Source of the DNA: a virus
Virus record (IMG/VR): IMGVR_UViG_3300021429_002604
Coordinates: 63,439-127,438 of that record
Reading direction: 5' to 3' (one strand)
DNA: 64,000 nucleotides
This document shows positions 21,058 to 29,925 of this stretch, in pieces. The notes beneath the pieces are model-generated. The model did no database searches and was not told where the DNA came from. It saw nothing but the letters and a program-made list of their open reading frames with translations. Position 1 is the stretch's first letter; each line of letters starts with the position of its first letter. The translations under genes and the position numbers were made by a program.

Positions 21058-22023
21058 ATGATAAATAAAAAAATGACATTCGTCTGTGCCCAGCCGGATG
21101 TGCCTTATTTTCACTGGCAGGTTGAAGTACTAATTCACAACTTCATGAAAAATGGGATCAATCCAAATTGGATCGAGATTCTATTTGCATATGATGACAG
21201 CATCTCATCTGAAGGATTAGAGTTAGCGAAGAAATACCCATTTGTAAGATTCTTTTTTTACCGAAAAACTCCTTGTGATAATTACGGATATATTCCAATC
21301 TTGAGACCTGATATACTCGAACAGCATTTTGAGCGCTATCCTCAGCTTTCGAACGAGATTATATTCTATCACGATTCGGATATCATTTTTAGAGAACTCC
21401 CCGATTTCAATTCGTTGATAGATGATGAAACTTGGTATTTAAGTGATACCGTTTCCTATATCGGATCGGAGTACATCAAGAGCAAATCTGACAAAATTCT
21501 TACCGATATGTGTAATATCGCTGGCGTCTCTAAAGAGCTGGTCGAGGAAAATGATAAAAATTCCGGCGGTGCACAATATCTAATGAAAAATATAGATCAT
21601 CTCTTTTGGAGAGATGTTAAATTTGTTTCACTTGATCTTTATAAATACATGTTGGATGCTGAAATATCTGAACGACAAACACTCACTGAAGAACAGCTAT
21701 TGACTTATAATCCCATTCAAAAATGGTGCGCTGATATGTGGGCGGTTTTATGGTGTGGGCTCAAGAGAGGTAATCAAGTTAGATTATCCGACGAGCTTGG
21801 ATTTAGCTGGGGCTCTTCTTGGGGACAGGACGAATGGAAGAAACATAAAATAATGCACAATGCTGGGGTTGTTAATAACTGCGACGGAAGAGCCTTTTAT
21901 AAGGGTGAATTTATCGAAAGATCTCCGTTTGAAGCTGACTTCTCAACAATAGACCCAAATAACAACACATATAATTACGTACAGGCCATCCTATATGCCA
22001 AGGAGATGAGAGCTAAGCTTTAA
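21058..22023 (+). CDS. GT-A glycosyltransferase resembling plant peptidyl-Ser galactosyl/Hyp arabinosyl transferases (GT96/GT95-like)
   Basis: YFHWQ near the N-terminus, YIPILRP, the DxD motif IIFYHDSDIIFR, GGAQYLM, WCADMWA and IMHNAG occur in the same order as SGT1/HPAT motifs (recalled from memory, not aligned). Confidence 0.65.
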   Translation: MINKKMTFVCAQPDVPYFHWQVEVLIHNFMKNGINPNWIEILFAYDDSISSEGLELAKKYPFVRFFFYRKTPCDNYGYIPILRPDILEQHFERYPQLSNEIIFYHDSDIIFRELPDFNSLIDDETWYLSDTVSYIGSEYIKSKSDKILTDMCNIAGVSKELVEENDKNSGGAQYLMKNIDHLFWRDVKFVSLDLYKYMLDAEISERQTLTEEQLLTYNPIQKWCADMWAVLWCGLKRGNQVRLSDELGFSWGSSWGQDEWKKHKIMHNAGVVNNCDGRAFYKGEFIERSPFEADFSTIDPNNNTYNYVQAILYAKEMRAKL

Positions 22024-22044
22024 TTTTATCCCCTGTTTATTTGT

Positions 22045-22052
22045 GATATATA
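22045..22052 (+). promoter_or_regulatory. GATATATA putative late-promoter motif
   Basis: Intergenic, 22 nt before the ATG at 22075. Confidence 0.55.
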
Positions 22053-22074
22053 GGGTAAGTAATCATCATTAAAC

Positions 22075-23880
22075 ATGGCAGATATTCAGATAGGTGTAAA
22101 TCAGGGAGACACGGTTTATTATTTCGACCAAAGTGTTGGCTCCGTCGTTACCAGAAATTGGTTTTTCCCTGGAGGAACACCAACAGGGGGAACAGCATTC
22201 GGTCCTGCTATACAGTATAATAGCGTTAATTCATTCGGATATAATGCTTCGCTCCTAGTTACTGATGCTGCCGGAATAACTGCAGCTGCTAGTAAATCCA
22301 ATATTATTGTGGTTTCACCGGAGATTGCAAATCCATCAATTACGATAACACCATCCACCCTTTACATGGGACCAGTTGTAACTTACGGTGCTACTGGATC
22401 AACCGGAACTGGGTTTGTATCATATGTTTGGAATATACCTGGTATTGGTGCAACATCAGGCCCCACTCTTTCTAATGTGTATAAACAATATAATGATTGG
22501 TATGCTCTTGCTGGAACATATGCTGGATTACCAGGGGCTTCTTATGTTGCACCCGTCACGTTATTGGTGACGACAGCAGTTGGTAACACGTTTAATGTTA
22601 GCACAACCGCTACATATTATAAATATGGACCCGTTGAGGAGGTTGATTATAATCAAGCAACTTATCCTTATGGGATTAGTGGTCCTTATTATGTGCCAAC
22701 CGTTATCTCTGCAAATTCAGGAGGCATCGGTTTAGGAGGAAGCAGCGTGGTAATTAGTATAGACCAGAGCATGGTTGCTGGCTGGGTTAATAGCTATTTT
22801 CATTCGACAACAGAAAACTGCTATTATTGGGCGAACACTGATGATCTCGATTACACTAACGGTACAGTTTTTGGACCTATCCAATTTAAAACAATATTTT
22901 CCGGCGCTGCTTTAACATTAGCAGGTGCCACCTACATTGCAAATCCAACAATAGATCTTGGTAATTATATCAATCCCGGAGGCGTGACGGGTTTGCTGAA
23001 TAATATTTTTTATATAACTGATTATCCAGCTGGTGGAAAAATAACTGACGCTAAGACTGGCGGACGTCAATGGTCAAACAATGCTATACAAGCTTATCTT
23101 AGCAACACATATTATCTTTCTAACTCGTCCAAATTCATCGAGAACGGCGGAATAGGTAGTGGTAATTCACCTAATTATAATTTAGCAACTGTTGATGATA
23201 GTGTTAATTACGGAACCTATAATCTGAATGGCGGATACGGCGCTACTGCTCACGGACCTTGCGTACCTACTTCCACGTTTTTTCAAACCGTACATGGCAT
23301 ATCCGGTGTAACGGTTGATGTGTTAGTCCAAATCACTTGCGAAAACAATCCATCCGGATACCAGTACCCCGTTACATTATCATCCCCCGGAGGAACCGGT
23401 AATAGCCCAGATCTTAACTTGGTTAGTGTACAGAACAATTCCAGAGGTGATGGTATAGCAACAATCTTAAACAAGGCAACGGATTTAATAGGCGGTCCTA
23501 CCAAACTTACGGATTTTATTTTATTTGAAGCTTCCCCTTACTATGCACCATATGAGGGAGGTGGATTCACATTAAGTAAACAATATGATGCTGTCAACTT
23601 TAATGGCTTGAGAGTTTCTGTAATGAACCCTGAAGTTAACGGTACGGGTACTATTCTTGATGGGGATTATATAAAAACTATCACCCTTACATGGGGTTCA
23701 GATTGGAACTCCGCTATTGTCGGTAACGGTTTATTTGGACAAGATAGACCGCTGGCATCCGATCCTGATCCAGCTTCACCGAGATGGATATCATGGCTTG
23801 GAATAAAGGAAACCATGTCGATACCGACTGACGCTCATGACTCGTATTTCAGAGGGTGGAAAATCGGTGGATTAATATAA
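22075..23880 (+). CDS. PKD-domain-containing virion protein
   Basis: N-terminal YFDQSVGSVVTRNWFFPGGTP...YNASLLVTD PKD pattern; Gly/Thr/Asn-rich remainder. Confidence 0.6.
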   Translation: MADIQIGVNQGDTVYYFDQSVGSVVTRNWFFPGGTPTGGTAFGPAIQYNSVNSFGYNASLLVTDAAGITAAASKSNIIVVSPEIANPSITITPSTLYMGPVVTYGATGSTGTGFVSYVWNIPGIGATSGPTLSNVYKQYNDWYALAGTYAGLPGASYVAPVTLLVTTAVGNTFNVSTTATYYKYGPVEEVDYNQATYPYGISGPYYVPTVISANSGGIGLGGSSVVISIDQSMVAGWVNSYFHSTTENCYYWANTDDLDYTNGTVFGPIQFKTIFSGAALTLAGATYIANPTIDLGNYINPGGVTGLLNNIFYITDYPAGGKITDAKTGGRQWSNNAIQAYLSNTYYLSNSSKFIENGGIGSGNSPNYNLATVDDSVNYGTYNLNGGYGATAHGPCVPTSTFFQTVHGISGVTVDVLVQITCENNPSGYQYPVTLSSPGGTGNSPDLNLVSVQNNSRGDGIATILNKATDLIGGPTKLTDFILFEASPYYAPYEGGGFTLSKQYDAVNFNGLRVSVMNPEVNGTGTILDGDYIKTITLTWGSDWNSAIVGNGLFGQDRPLASDPDPASPRWISWLGIKETMSIPTDAHDSYFRGWKIGGLI

Positions 23881-23903
23881 AACAAGTAAATTAAAAGATA
23901 TAA

Positions 23904-26900
23904 ATGGCAGGCTACAATATAATAATGAATCAAATAGATCTGGATCACGAATTCTATGTTTGGGGTTCTGGACAAGATTTAAGAAGATTCAACGGAAGCG
24001 GTTGGGATTATTATAACTACCAGAATTCTGCTGTTCCCAGCGGTGCACCATACTTTCTAGATACCAGATGTATCTCAATGAGTCCCGACGATAAAGTTTG
24101 GGTTGGATGCGCACAAGGACCTACTGCAGGTCTAAATGAAAATGCTGTTTTTTATATTGATACTGATGATGTCTCTGTCGGAAAAAAATGGGCTTTCTCC
24201 AATCTGGGGACTTTCAATGTTCCGCAGGAGATTTCCCATATTTACGCTTGTCCATTTGGGGATGATATACTAGCTTTTGCCACTCCATTAAATGGATTTG
24301 GTGGAACCGGTGCAAGCGGATCTTATACGGAGTTTAAGGGTGTAACTGGGGGAAGGTTATTCTATTATATAATTGAAACAGATCAGTGGAAAGAAACAGT
24401 TCCAGGATACAACTGGTCTCACATCTACGATATTAAAGCAAAAGGTTACGGTGGTAAGGATTACATATATTACGTCGGAACTACAGAAGGATTATTTGCT
24501 ATCCCTCAGGGTACACTGGAATACACTGAACTTCTGAATGGTGATAAAATTATCAAACAAGCTCAGGTTTATAACACCAAAACAAGCGGAATTATATCGG
24601 ATTATATTTTCTCATTGGATCTTGATGAAAATGGTAATCTATGGATAGGTACCGATTTGGGACTTTCTTTCTTTGATGGCACACAATTTTGGAACTACCC
24701 TGTTTCTGCTGGCCCAGTTACTAAAATTAAATCGAGGCCAAATGGACATGTTTTCTATGCTGCTGGTGACGGGGAGATTAATCAGGGAACAGGTCTTTGG
24801 CACTTTAATGGGGTTAGCCACACACAATACACATCATCAAATTCCAATCTAAACAACAATAACGTATTGGATATAAAATTAGTTGATCACAACATCTCAC
24901 AGAACGATCTTATTGTTTATGAGAATGGTCTATGGGTTTTATGCTATAATGATCTTGTTTCATTTAACTACGATCAGCCACACGTCTACGGGTCTTCTAA
25001 ATATGCAGGTGCTACCGGATGGAATTTCACATACTTTACCGGTACGGGAGCTAGTGCTGCACCGCTACCTAAAGTGGATAAATACACATGGGAGTATCCC
25101 GAATGGAGGGTTTATGAGGACGATTACCTGCAGTATAAATTTCCGGGACTTGACCCGAGAAATCTTTTCTTAACCACTAAGCTTTCCGATATTGCAAGCG
25201 GTGAAGCTGGTAAGCAACCATACTGGGATAATTGGCCAATACCTTCGTACGAAGAGGAAGTCTTAGTAGAATCTATTTCTGATTATAATTGGGCAGAAAA
25301 AATACAGATCACGCAAACCGATGTCCAGGGTGCAACCGGTGAAATCTATATCACTTCAACAGCGAGCATAAAAACATCAAACGGAGCCAAATATTATGTT
25401 GGTGGTTATCTGACAGGAAACACTTCGGCTAATTTCGGTTATTATAACAATTCTGATCCTGCAATATTGAATAATGAAAATCCAACATTGGGTGGTAAAA
25501 ACAGTAGCTACGTTGCACAGACTGCTTCCACCGATATAGGATCGATGGGATTTATAGCTTGCTATAATTCCGCGGGACTTGTTGATAGCTTGCTACCTTT
25601 TAGGGGATATTGGACAAGAATAGATGACATGGTTCCCTCACCAGACGGAGTGGAGGTTATTGCAACCGGGCAATTTAAAAGATTCATCGAGAATGGAGAT
25701 TATGTATGGGATTCGATCGAGCTCATGAATAACTTCTTTGAAAATGGACCAACGGGTGCACCGATCGGAGCAACTAATCAGAACATAGTGGGATTAACAT
25801 CGGGATCATATACATGGATATATGGTTCAACTGGTGATTTCGTGAGTGATATTTGGCTTTATAACACCACAAATCCTCCACCAACACAATCATTCTACTT
25901 AGCAACCTCTGATTCTCCAGGTACATATGAGAATCTGACATCTTTTTATGTAAACTACACCTCCGGAACAGCAACCGATCAAACAACAAATTTAAGAAAG
26001 TTTGTAACCGGAAACACAATAAGATTAAACTGGTATTCGCCTTTGCTTTCACCTGAAGCATACTACAGGATCGACAGAATTTCAAACGTAACCGGAGGAT
26101 TGAGATACGATGTTACCTACATGACGGGTTCAACCGGACCTATTGGAAACACTTCAGGTAACGTTTTTACATTGCGTGGTTATGATTATTCTACGAACAC
26201 ATATCCGATTGTAAGAAATCTTCAGGGAATTACTAGTAAATTAAATGCATGGGAAGCTGGTGTAAATAAAAATGTTGAATCTGTTGGATTATTTGTAACT
26301 AAAATATCGGGAGATCTTGGTAGTGTAGCATCGCTTGCCCCGCTTTCGAATTTCTCGGAGTCTTTAGATGCTAGAAAATATTTCAGGGTTACTGGATTTA
26401 GGCATTTTCCAAGAGCATCCGTTTTCAATAATACTGACAATAGTAACACCATAAAATTAGATGTTACCAGGTACTCTATAAATTTAGCTATAGATAATGC
26501 TAACGCATGGAATATATTAGCCGGAAGCTCAGAGGGAGGATTTGCTACATTAAAGAATCTTTGGAATAGAACAAATGATGGATTTCTAACATCTGATTAC
26601 ATTCTCCAGAGTGATAGGAATGTGGTTTACTCATTCAACGAGGATTCAGTTCTATCCTATGTTAGATTATCAGCGGACGACCTTTCACTATTAACAACAG
26701 TAACATCGGAGAGTCTTGACTTCACAAGTGGTGTACCTAAATATAATGCTGGAGTAATCGGTTCTGTTAAATCTCTAAGAGGTGATAACACGACTCTAAT
26801 TACTGGATATATTAAAGAATCTTTTACAATCGGAGGTATACAGATTTCAGCAACCGGTTCTAATAAGCCATATTATTTAATAATCAATAAAAATGGTGCA

Positions 26901-27998
26901 GGAGTAACTGGAGCACTTATCGGTGATGCTTATGCTGGGGGTACACTAAATTTACCTGCTGCTGATAAAGATGATTCTACGTATTATGTTACCACCATAT
27001 TTGGAGGCTCCGGGACATATTTCGGTAACAATTTTATTGCAGGTTCAACAGGAACAACATATTTGTTAACATCTAATATAACGGAACAAGCAGTTTCAAA
27101 ATCTATGTTCTCGGTTGATATTGATTATGCGACACAGGCTCAGGTCACTCTAAATTCAGGAGGTCCGATCGGGGATGATCAATATTATATGGTATATGGT
27201 ATCTCGATTGGTGCTACAGGTGTCAGTGGAACAAATATCCTAAAAACTAATCGAAGCGGTAAAATACTTGATTCTGTTAATTTGTATGGTTATCCCTATA
27301 CTGCAACAACGGATGCTTTCTCTATAAACAGAGATGCTGACGGAAATTTATTTATGAGCGGTGTTAATAAAATTGGATCTACTGGTGGAGGTTACTACGC
27401 AGCAGACCCAGAATCAGGATTCACTCTCCTTACTAAGCAATATGTACCTGAACTTGGAATCAACCTAGGTAACATAATATCCAGACCTGGATCGGGAGCT
27501 TGGACGTGGTGCGATGTACATTCAACGGATAAAGGAATGCAAATACCTCTTTTATCAACGGTGGTCTTTAATAATTACGCTTCTAACATTTACGGGAAAC
27601 AGAACAATAAATGGATATTGAGCGATTCTGTAACTGGAGCTGAAATTTTGAATGTTAAATCAACTCCTTATTTTATATACACATTTACAACTTCGGGAAA
27701 TTATACGATCTACAACAGCGTGGAGGATTCATTTGGTAATGTTTATGCAACAACAAGACCTGGATATATCGAGGTGATTGATCATAAGGTTAAAAGACCT
27801 GATGATAGGAATCCTGATGCAGTTGATTCATTTGACTATGGACAGCCAGAGCCTTTCTATGGAAGAGATTATCAAGCTCAAAAACTTGATAAGGATCTGA
27901 TGATAGAACAGCAGAGGATATTTAAATCGGGAGTACCCCCATTCGGAACTCAAGTTATTATACCGGGAAATCCTGATGCTACTTTTAGATCCGAATAG
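23904..27998 (+). CDS. Large beta-propeller protein (two-component-regulator propeller-like repeats, C-terminal PKD-like domain)
   Basis: YNTKTSGIISDYIFSLDLDENGNLWIGTDLGLSFFDG and YTSSNSNLNNNNVLDI are Reg_prop-type repeats; C-terminal YTFTTSGNYTIYNSVEDSFGN. Confidence 0.65.
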   Translation: MAGYNIIMNQIDLDHEFYVWGSGQDLRRFNGSGWDYYNYQNSAVPSGAPYFLDTRCISMSPDDKVWVGCAQGPTAGLNENAVFYIDTDDVSVGKKWAFSNLGTFNVPQEISHIYACPFGDDILAFATPLNGFGGTGASGSYTEFKGVTGGRLFYYIIETDQWKETVPGYNWSHIYDIKAKGYGGKDYIYYVGTTEGLFAIPQGTLEYTELLNGDKIIKQAQVYNTKTSGIISDYIFSLDLDENGNLWIGTDLGLSFFDGTQFWNYPVSAGPVTKIKSRPNGHVFYAAGDGEINQGTGLWHFNGVSHTQYTSSNSNLNNNNVLDIKLVDHNISQNDLIVYENGLWVLCYNDLVSFNYDQPHVYGSSKYAGATGWNFTYFTGTGASAAPLPKVDKYTWEYPEWRVYEDDYLQYKFPGLDPRNLFLTTKLSDIASGEAGKQPYWDNWPIPSYEEEVLVESISDYNWAEKIQITQTDVQGATGEIYITSTASIKTSNGAKYYVGGYLTGNTSANFGYYNNSDPAILNNENPTLGGKNSSYVAQTASTDIGSMGFIACYNSAGLVDSLLPFRGYWTRIDDMVPSPDGVEVIATGQFKRFIENGDYVWDSIELMNNFFENGPTGAPIGATNQNIVGLTSGSYTWIYGSTGDFVSDIWLYNTTNPPPTQSFYLATSDSPGTYENLTSFYVNYTSGTATDQTTNLRKFVTGNTIRLNWYSPLLSPEAYYRIDRISNVTGGLRYDVTYMTGSTGPIGNTSGNVFTLRGYDYSTNTYPIVRNLQGITSKLNAWEAGVNKNVESVGLFVTKISGDLGSVASLAPLSNFSESLDARKYFRVTGFRHFPRASVFNNTDNSNTIKLDVTRYSINLAIDNANAWNILAGSSEGGFATLKNLWNRTNDGFLTSDYILQSDRNVVYSFNEDSVLSYVRLSADDLSLLTTVTSESLDFTSGVPKYNAGVIGSVKSLRGDNTTLITGYIKESFTIGGIQISATGSNKPYYLIINKNGAGVTGALIGDAYAGGTLNLPAADKDDSTYYVTTIFGGSGTYFGNNFIAGSTGTTYLLTSNITEQAVSKSMFSVDIDYATQAQVTLNSGGPIGDDQYYMVYGISIGATGVSGTNILKTNRSGKILDSVNLYGYPYTATTDAFSINRDADGNLFMSGVNKIGSTGGGYYAADPESGFTLLTKQYVPELGINLGNIISRPGSGAWTWCDVHSTDKGMQIPLLSTVVFNNYASNIYGKQNNKWILSDSVTGAEILNVKSTPYFIYTFTTSGNYTIYNSVEDSFGNVYATTRPGYIEVIDHKVKRPDDRNPDAVDSFDYGQPEPFYGRDYQAQKLDKDLMIEQQRIFKSGVPPFGTQVIIPGNPDATFRSE

Positions 27999-28012
27999 GG
28001 ATAATATTTAAA

Positions 28013-28765
28013 TTACTTAGAGTTTTTTTCTTCCCATTCATCGAAGGTTTCTTCGATGATTTTCACGATGGGATCTCTGACTATATCACCAACAGAAAAA
28101 CTCATTGTTCCAATATCCTCCTTATTCTCGAAGAGTCTAACAACAAGATCTAGTGATGATAGCTTTGAGTTTTTCATATCAACCTGTTTGGTGTCTCCCG
28201 TGATTATCATTTTAGTATCGGTTCCTATACGGGTCATCGTGGACCTCATGTTTTTCTGAGTTATGTTTTGAGCCTCGTCCACTATGATAATTGCATTATC
28301 TATTGAACGTCCTCTGATGTATGCTAAAGGCAGAACCTCGATATATCCCTGATCTAACATGATTTGGGTTAGACCCTCCCCTATTATTTTGTGGAAATTA
28401 TCAAGGAAAGAGATGGTAAATGGAAACATTTTCTCTTTAAGATCCCCTTTAAGAAATCCAACTTCCTCACCCTCCAGTACAGTTACACTTTTAACAAGGA
28501 GAATTTTCTTAAATCTAGAATCCGTTTTTAGAAGCTTTAATGCCTGTGCACATGCTAGATAGGTTTTTCCTGTTCCTGCAGGGCCCGACGCAATTGTGAT
28601 CTTATTTTCATTTATTAGAGTGATCAGTTTTTTCTGATTCTCATTCTTGTATTTGTAATCTATTCTCAGCTTTTGTAGGTCAAATCCAGAGTGATTTGGA
28701 ACGTACCCGGGCGGGAATGTTTCATAAAACTCTTCTTCAGTAATTCTCTTCTTTCTGTTTGCCAT
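28013..28765 (-). CDS. phoH: PhoH-family ATPase
   Basis: Walker A GPAGTGKT, GFLKGDLKEK, RGRSIDNAIIIVDEAQN and IITGDTKQVD. Confidence 0.95.
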   Translation of the reverse strand: MANRKKRITEEEFYETFPPGYVPNHSGFDLQKLRIDYKYKNENQKKLITLINENKITIASGPAGTGKTYLACAQALKLLKTDSRFKKILLVKSVTVLEGEEVGFLKGDLKEKMFPFTISFLDNFHKIIGEGLTQIMLDQGYIEVLPLAYIRGRSIDNAIIIVDEAQNITQKNMRSTMTRIGTDTKMIITGDTKQVDMKNSKLSSLDLVVRLFENKEDIGTMSFSVGDIVRDPIVKIIEETFDEWEEKNSK

Positions 28766-28770
28766 TGATA

Positions 28771-28938
28771 TTATTTTTTTTGTAGAGTCACAGATCTGTT
28801 ACAATCCGGATGATTTTTGATGCTATTAAATAAATTATAGGTATTTTTTGCTATTTGACGGGAATAAACCACGGAGTTTGCAGTTAAAGATATATCCTTA
28901 AAGGCTTTTTTAGAGAGTTTGGTTTTTTGTCCTAGCAT
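28771..28938 (-). CDS. Possible 55-aa basic hypothetical protein upstream of phoH
   Basis: ATG at 28938 (MLGQKTKLSKKAFKD...LQKK). It fills the gap and stops 5 nt before the phoH start; it is the shorter form of the track ORF 28771..29100. Confidence 0.3.
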   Translation of the reverse strand: MLGQKTKLSKKAFKDISLTANSVVYSRQIAKNTYNLFNSIKNHPDCNRSVTLQKK

Positions 28939-28961
28939 ATTTAAGTGTTGTCTGCGACAGT

Positions 28962-28969
28962 GATATATA
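28962..28969 (+). promoter_or_regulatory. GATATATA putative late-promoter motif
   Basis: Located where plus-strand transcription must restart after phoH, 30 nt before the ATG at 29000. Confidence 0.6.
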
Positions 28970-28999
28970 TTTCGCTCTAAAAAACAAATAAAAAAGAAA

Positions 29000-29905
29000 A
29001 TGGCAACTGTAAACATTAATGAAATCTTAGGATCCGATTCAATATCAGGATCAAGGGTAACCATAAACTCCAACTTTCTGACCTTACAGAACTGGATCAA
29101 TGGTTACGTAAACGTATTTGGAATCGATACTATAAATGGTATCCTTGACCTTTCTGGAGCATCGACAGGAAGGGTGCAAGCAAAAATTGGAAGGTTTGAT
29201 TCACTTTCCCTTCCCTCGGTAGGAACAGCATTGGCTTCGGTTAGTTCTGCTGGTGCCGCTGCATTTGTCGATGTGCAAACAACAACATTCACTGCATCTG
29301 GAGCGATTGTAGCAACGTCTACAGTTACTTTGAGTTCGCTATCTACATTCACTGCGAATGGTACTTCAACTTTCAACGGAAGCTTAAGTGCAAATGCAGC
29401 TTTGTATCTAGGAACGCAGGGGCATGTTATAAGTCAAAATACCACTTATAAAACAGGTGCAACCGCAGGAACTGCTTTCCCTGATAATACCGTTGGCGGT
29501 GGCGGACGTTATTCTTCGGTTAACTCACCTTATGCCGTTACTGGTTTAGAAGACGTGATCTATGCAGAATGCGGTCCCACAGGTTTTTATATTAAGGTCG
29601 TAGACGGAACTTCACCAGTTGGTGGAACTCTTCCTTCAATCCCTCAGGGTACTAGAATTACTGTGGTAAACACATCATCTGCAACAGGCTATATTCACAC
29701 CGGAGTTACCGGATCAACATCCTACTATACTGGATTTAATACCGCATCAACATACGGCGGATTCGATACGGGAGGTTTAGTTGTAAGTGGAAGTAAGGCA
29801 TACAGATCTTCAGTTACTCTACAATGGGAACCTAGAGTTGGACAGGGACAAGCAACGCAAAACGGTTCTTGGATAGTACTAGGAGCTACTAACATCACGG
29901 TATAA
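29000..29905 (+). CDS. Short tail fibre/spike-like protein
   Basis: The N-terminal DSISGSRVTINSNF motif is shared with the fibres at 41359-46780; Ser/Thr/Gly-rich body. Confidence 0.55.
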   Translation: MATVNINEILGSDSISGSRVTINSNFLTLQNWINGYVNVFGIDTINGILDLSGASTGRVQAKIGRFDSLSLPSVGTALASVSSAGAAAFVDVQTTTFTASGAIVATSTVTLSSLSTFTANGTSTFNGSLSANAALYLGTQGHVISQNTTYKTGATAGTAFPDNTVGGGGRYSSVNSPYAVTGLEDVIYAECGPTGFYIKVVDGTSPVGGTLPSIPQGTRITVVNTSSATGYIHTGVTGSTSYYTGFNTASTYGGFDTGGLVVSGSKAYRSSVTLQWEPRVGQGQATQNGSWIVLGATNITV

Positions 29906-29925
29906 TAAAATAATAATAGGAATCA

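Noticed and set aside
14990-27998. Eukaryotic giant virus or bacterial extracellular contractile injection system origin
   Set aside because: Co-occurrence of T4-like baseplate and neck genes with gp32, gp61, UvsY and UvsW homologs and phoH indicates a tailed jumbo phage.
28939-29100. N-terminal half of track ORF 28771..29100 (-)
   Set aside because: Overlaps the start and putative promoter of the plus-strand gene at 29000. Only the downstream 55 codons are plausible.
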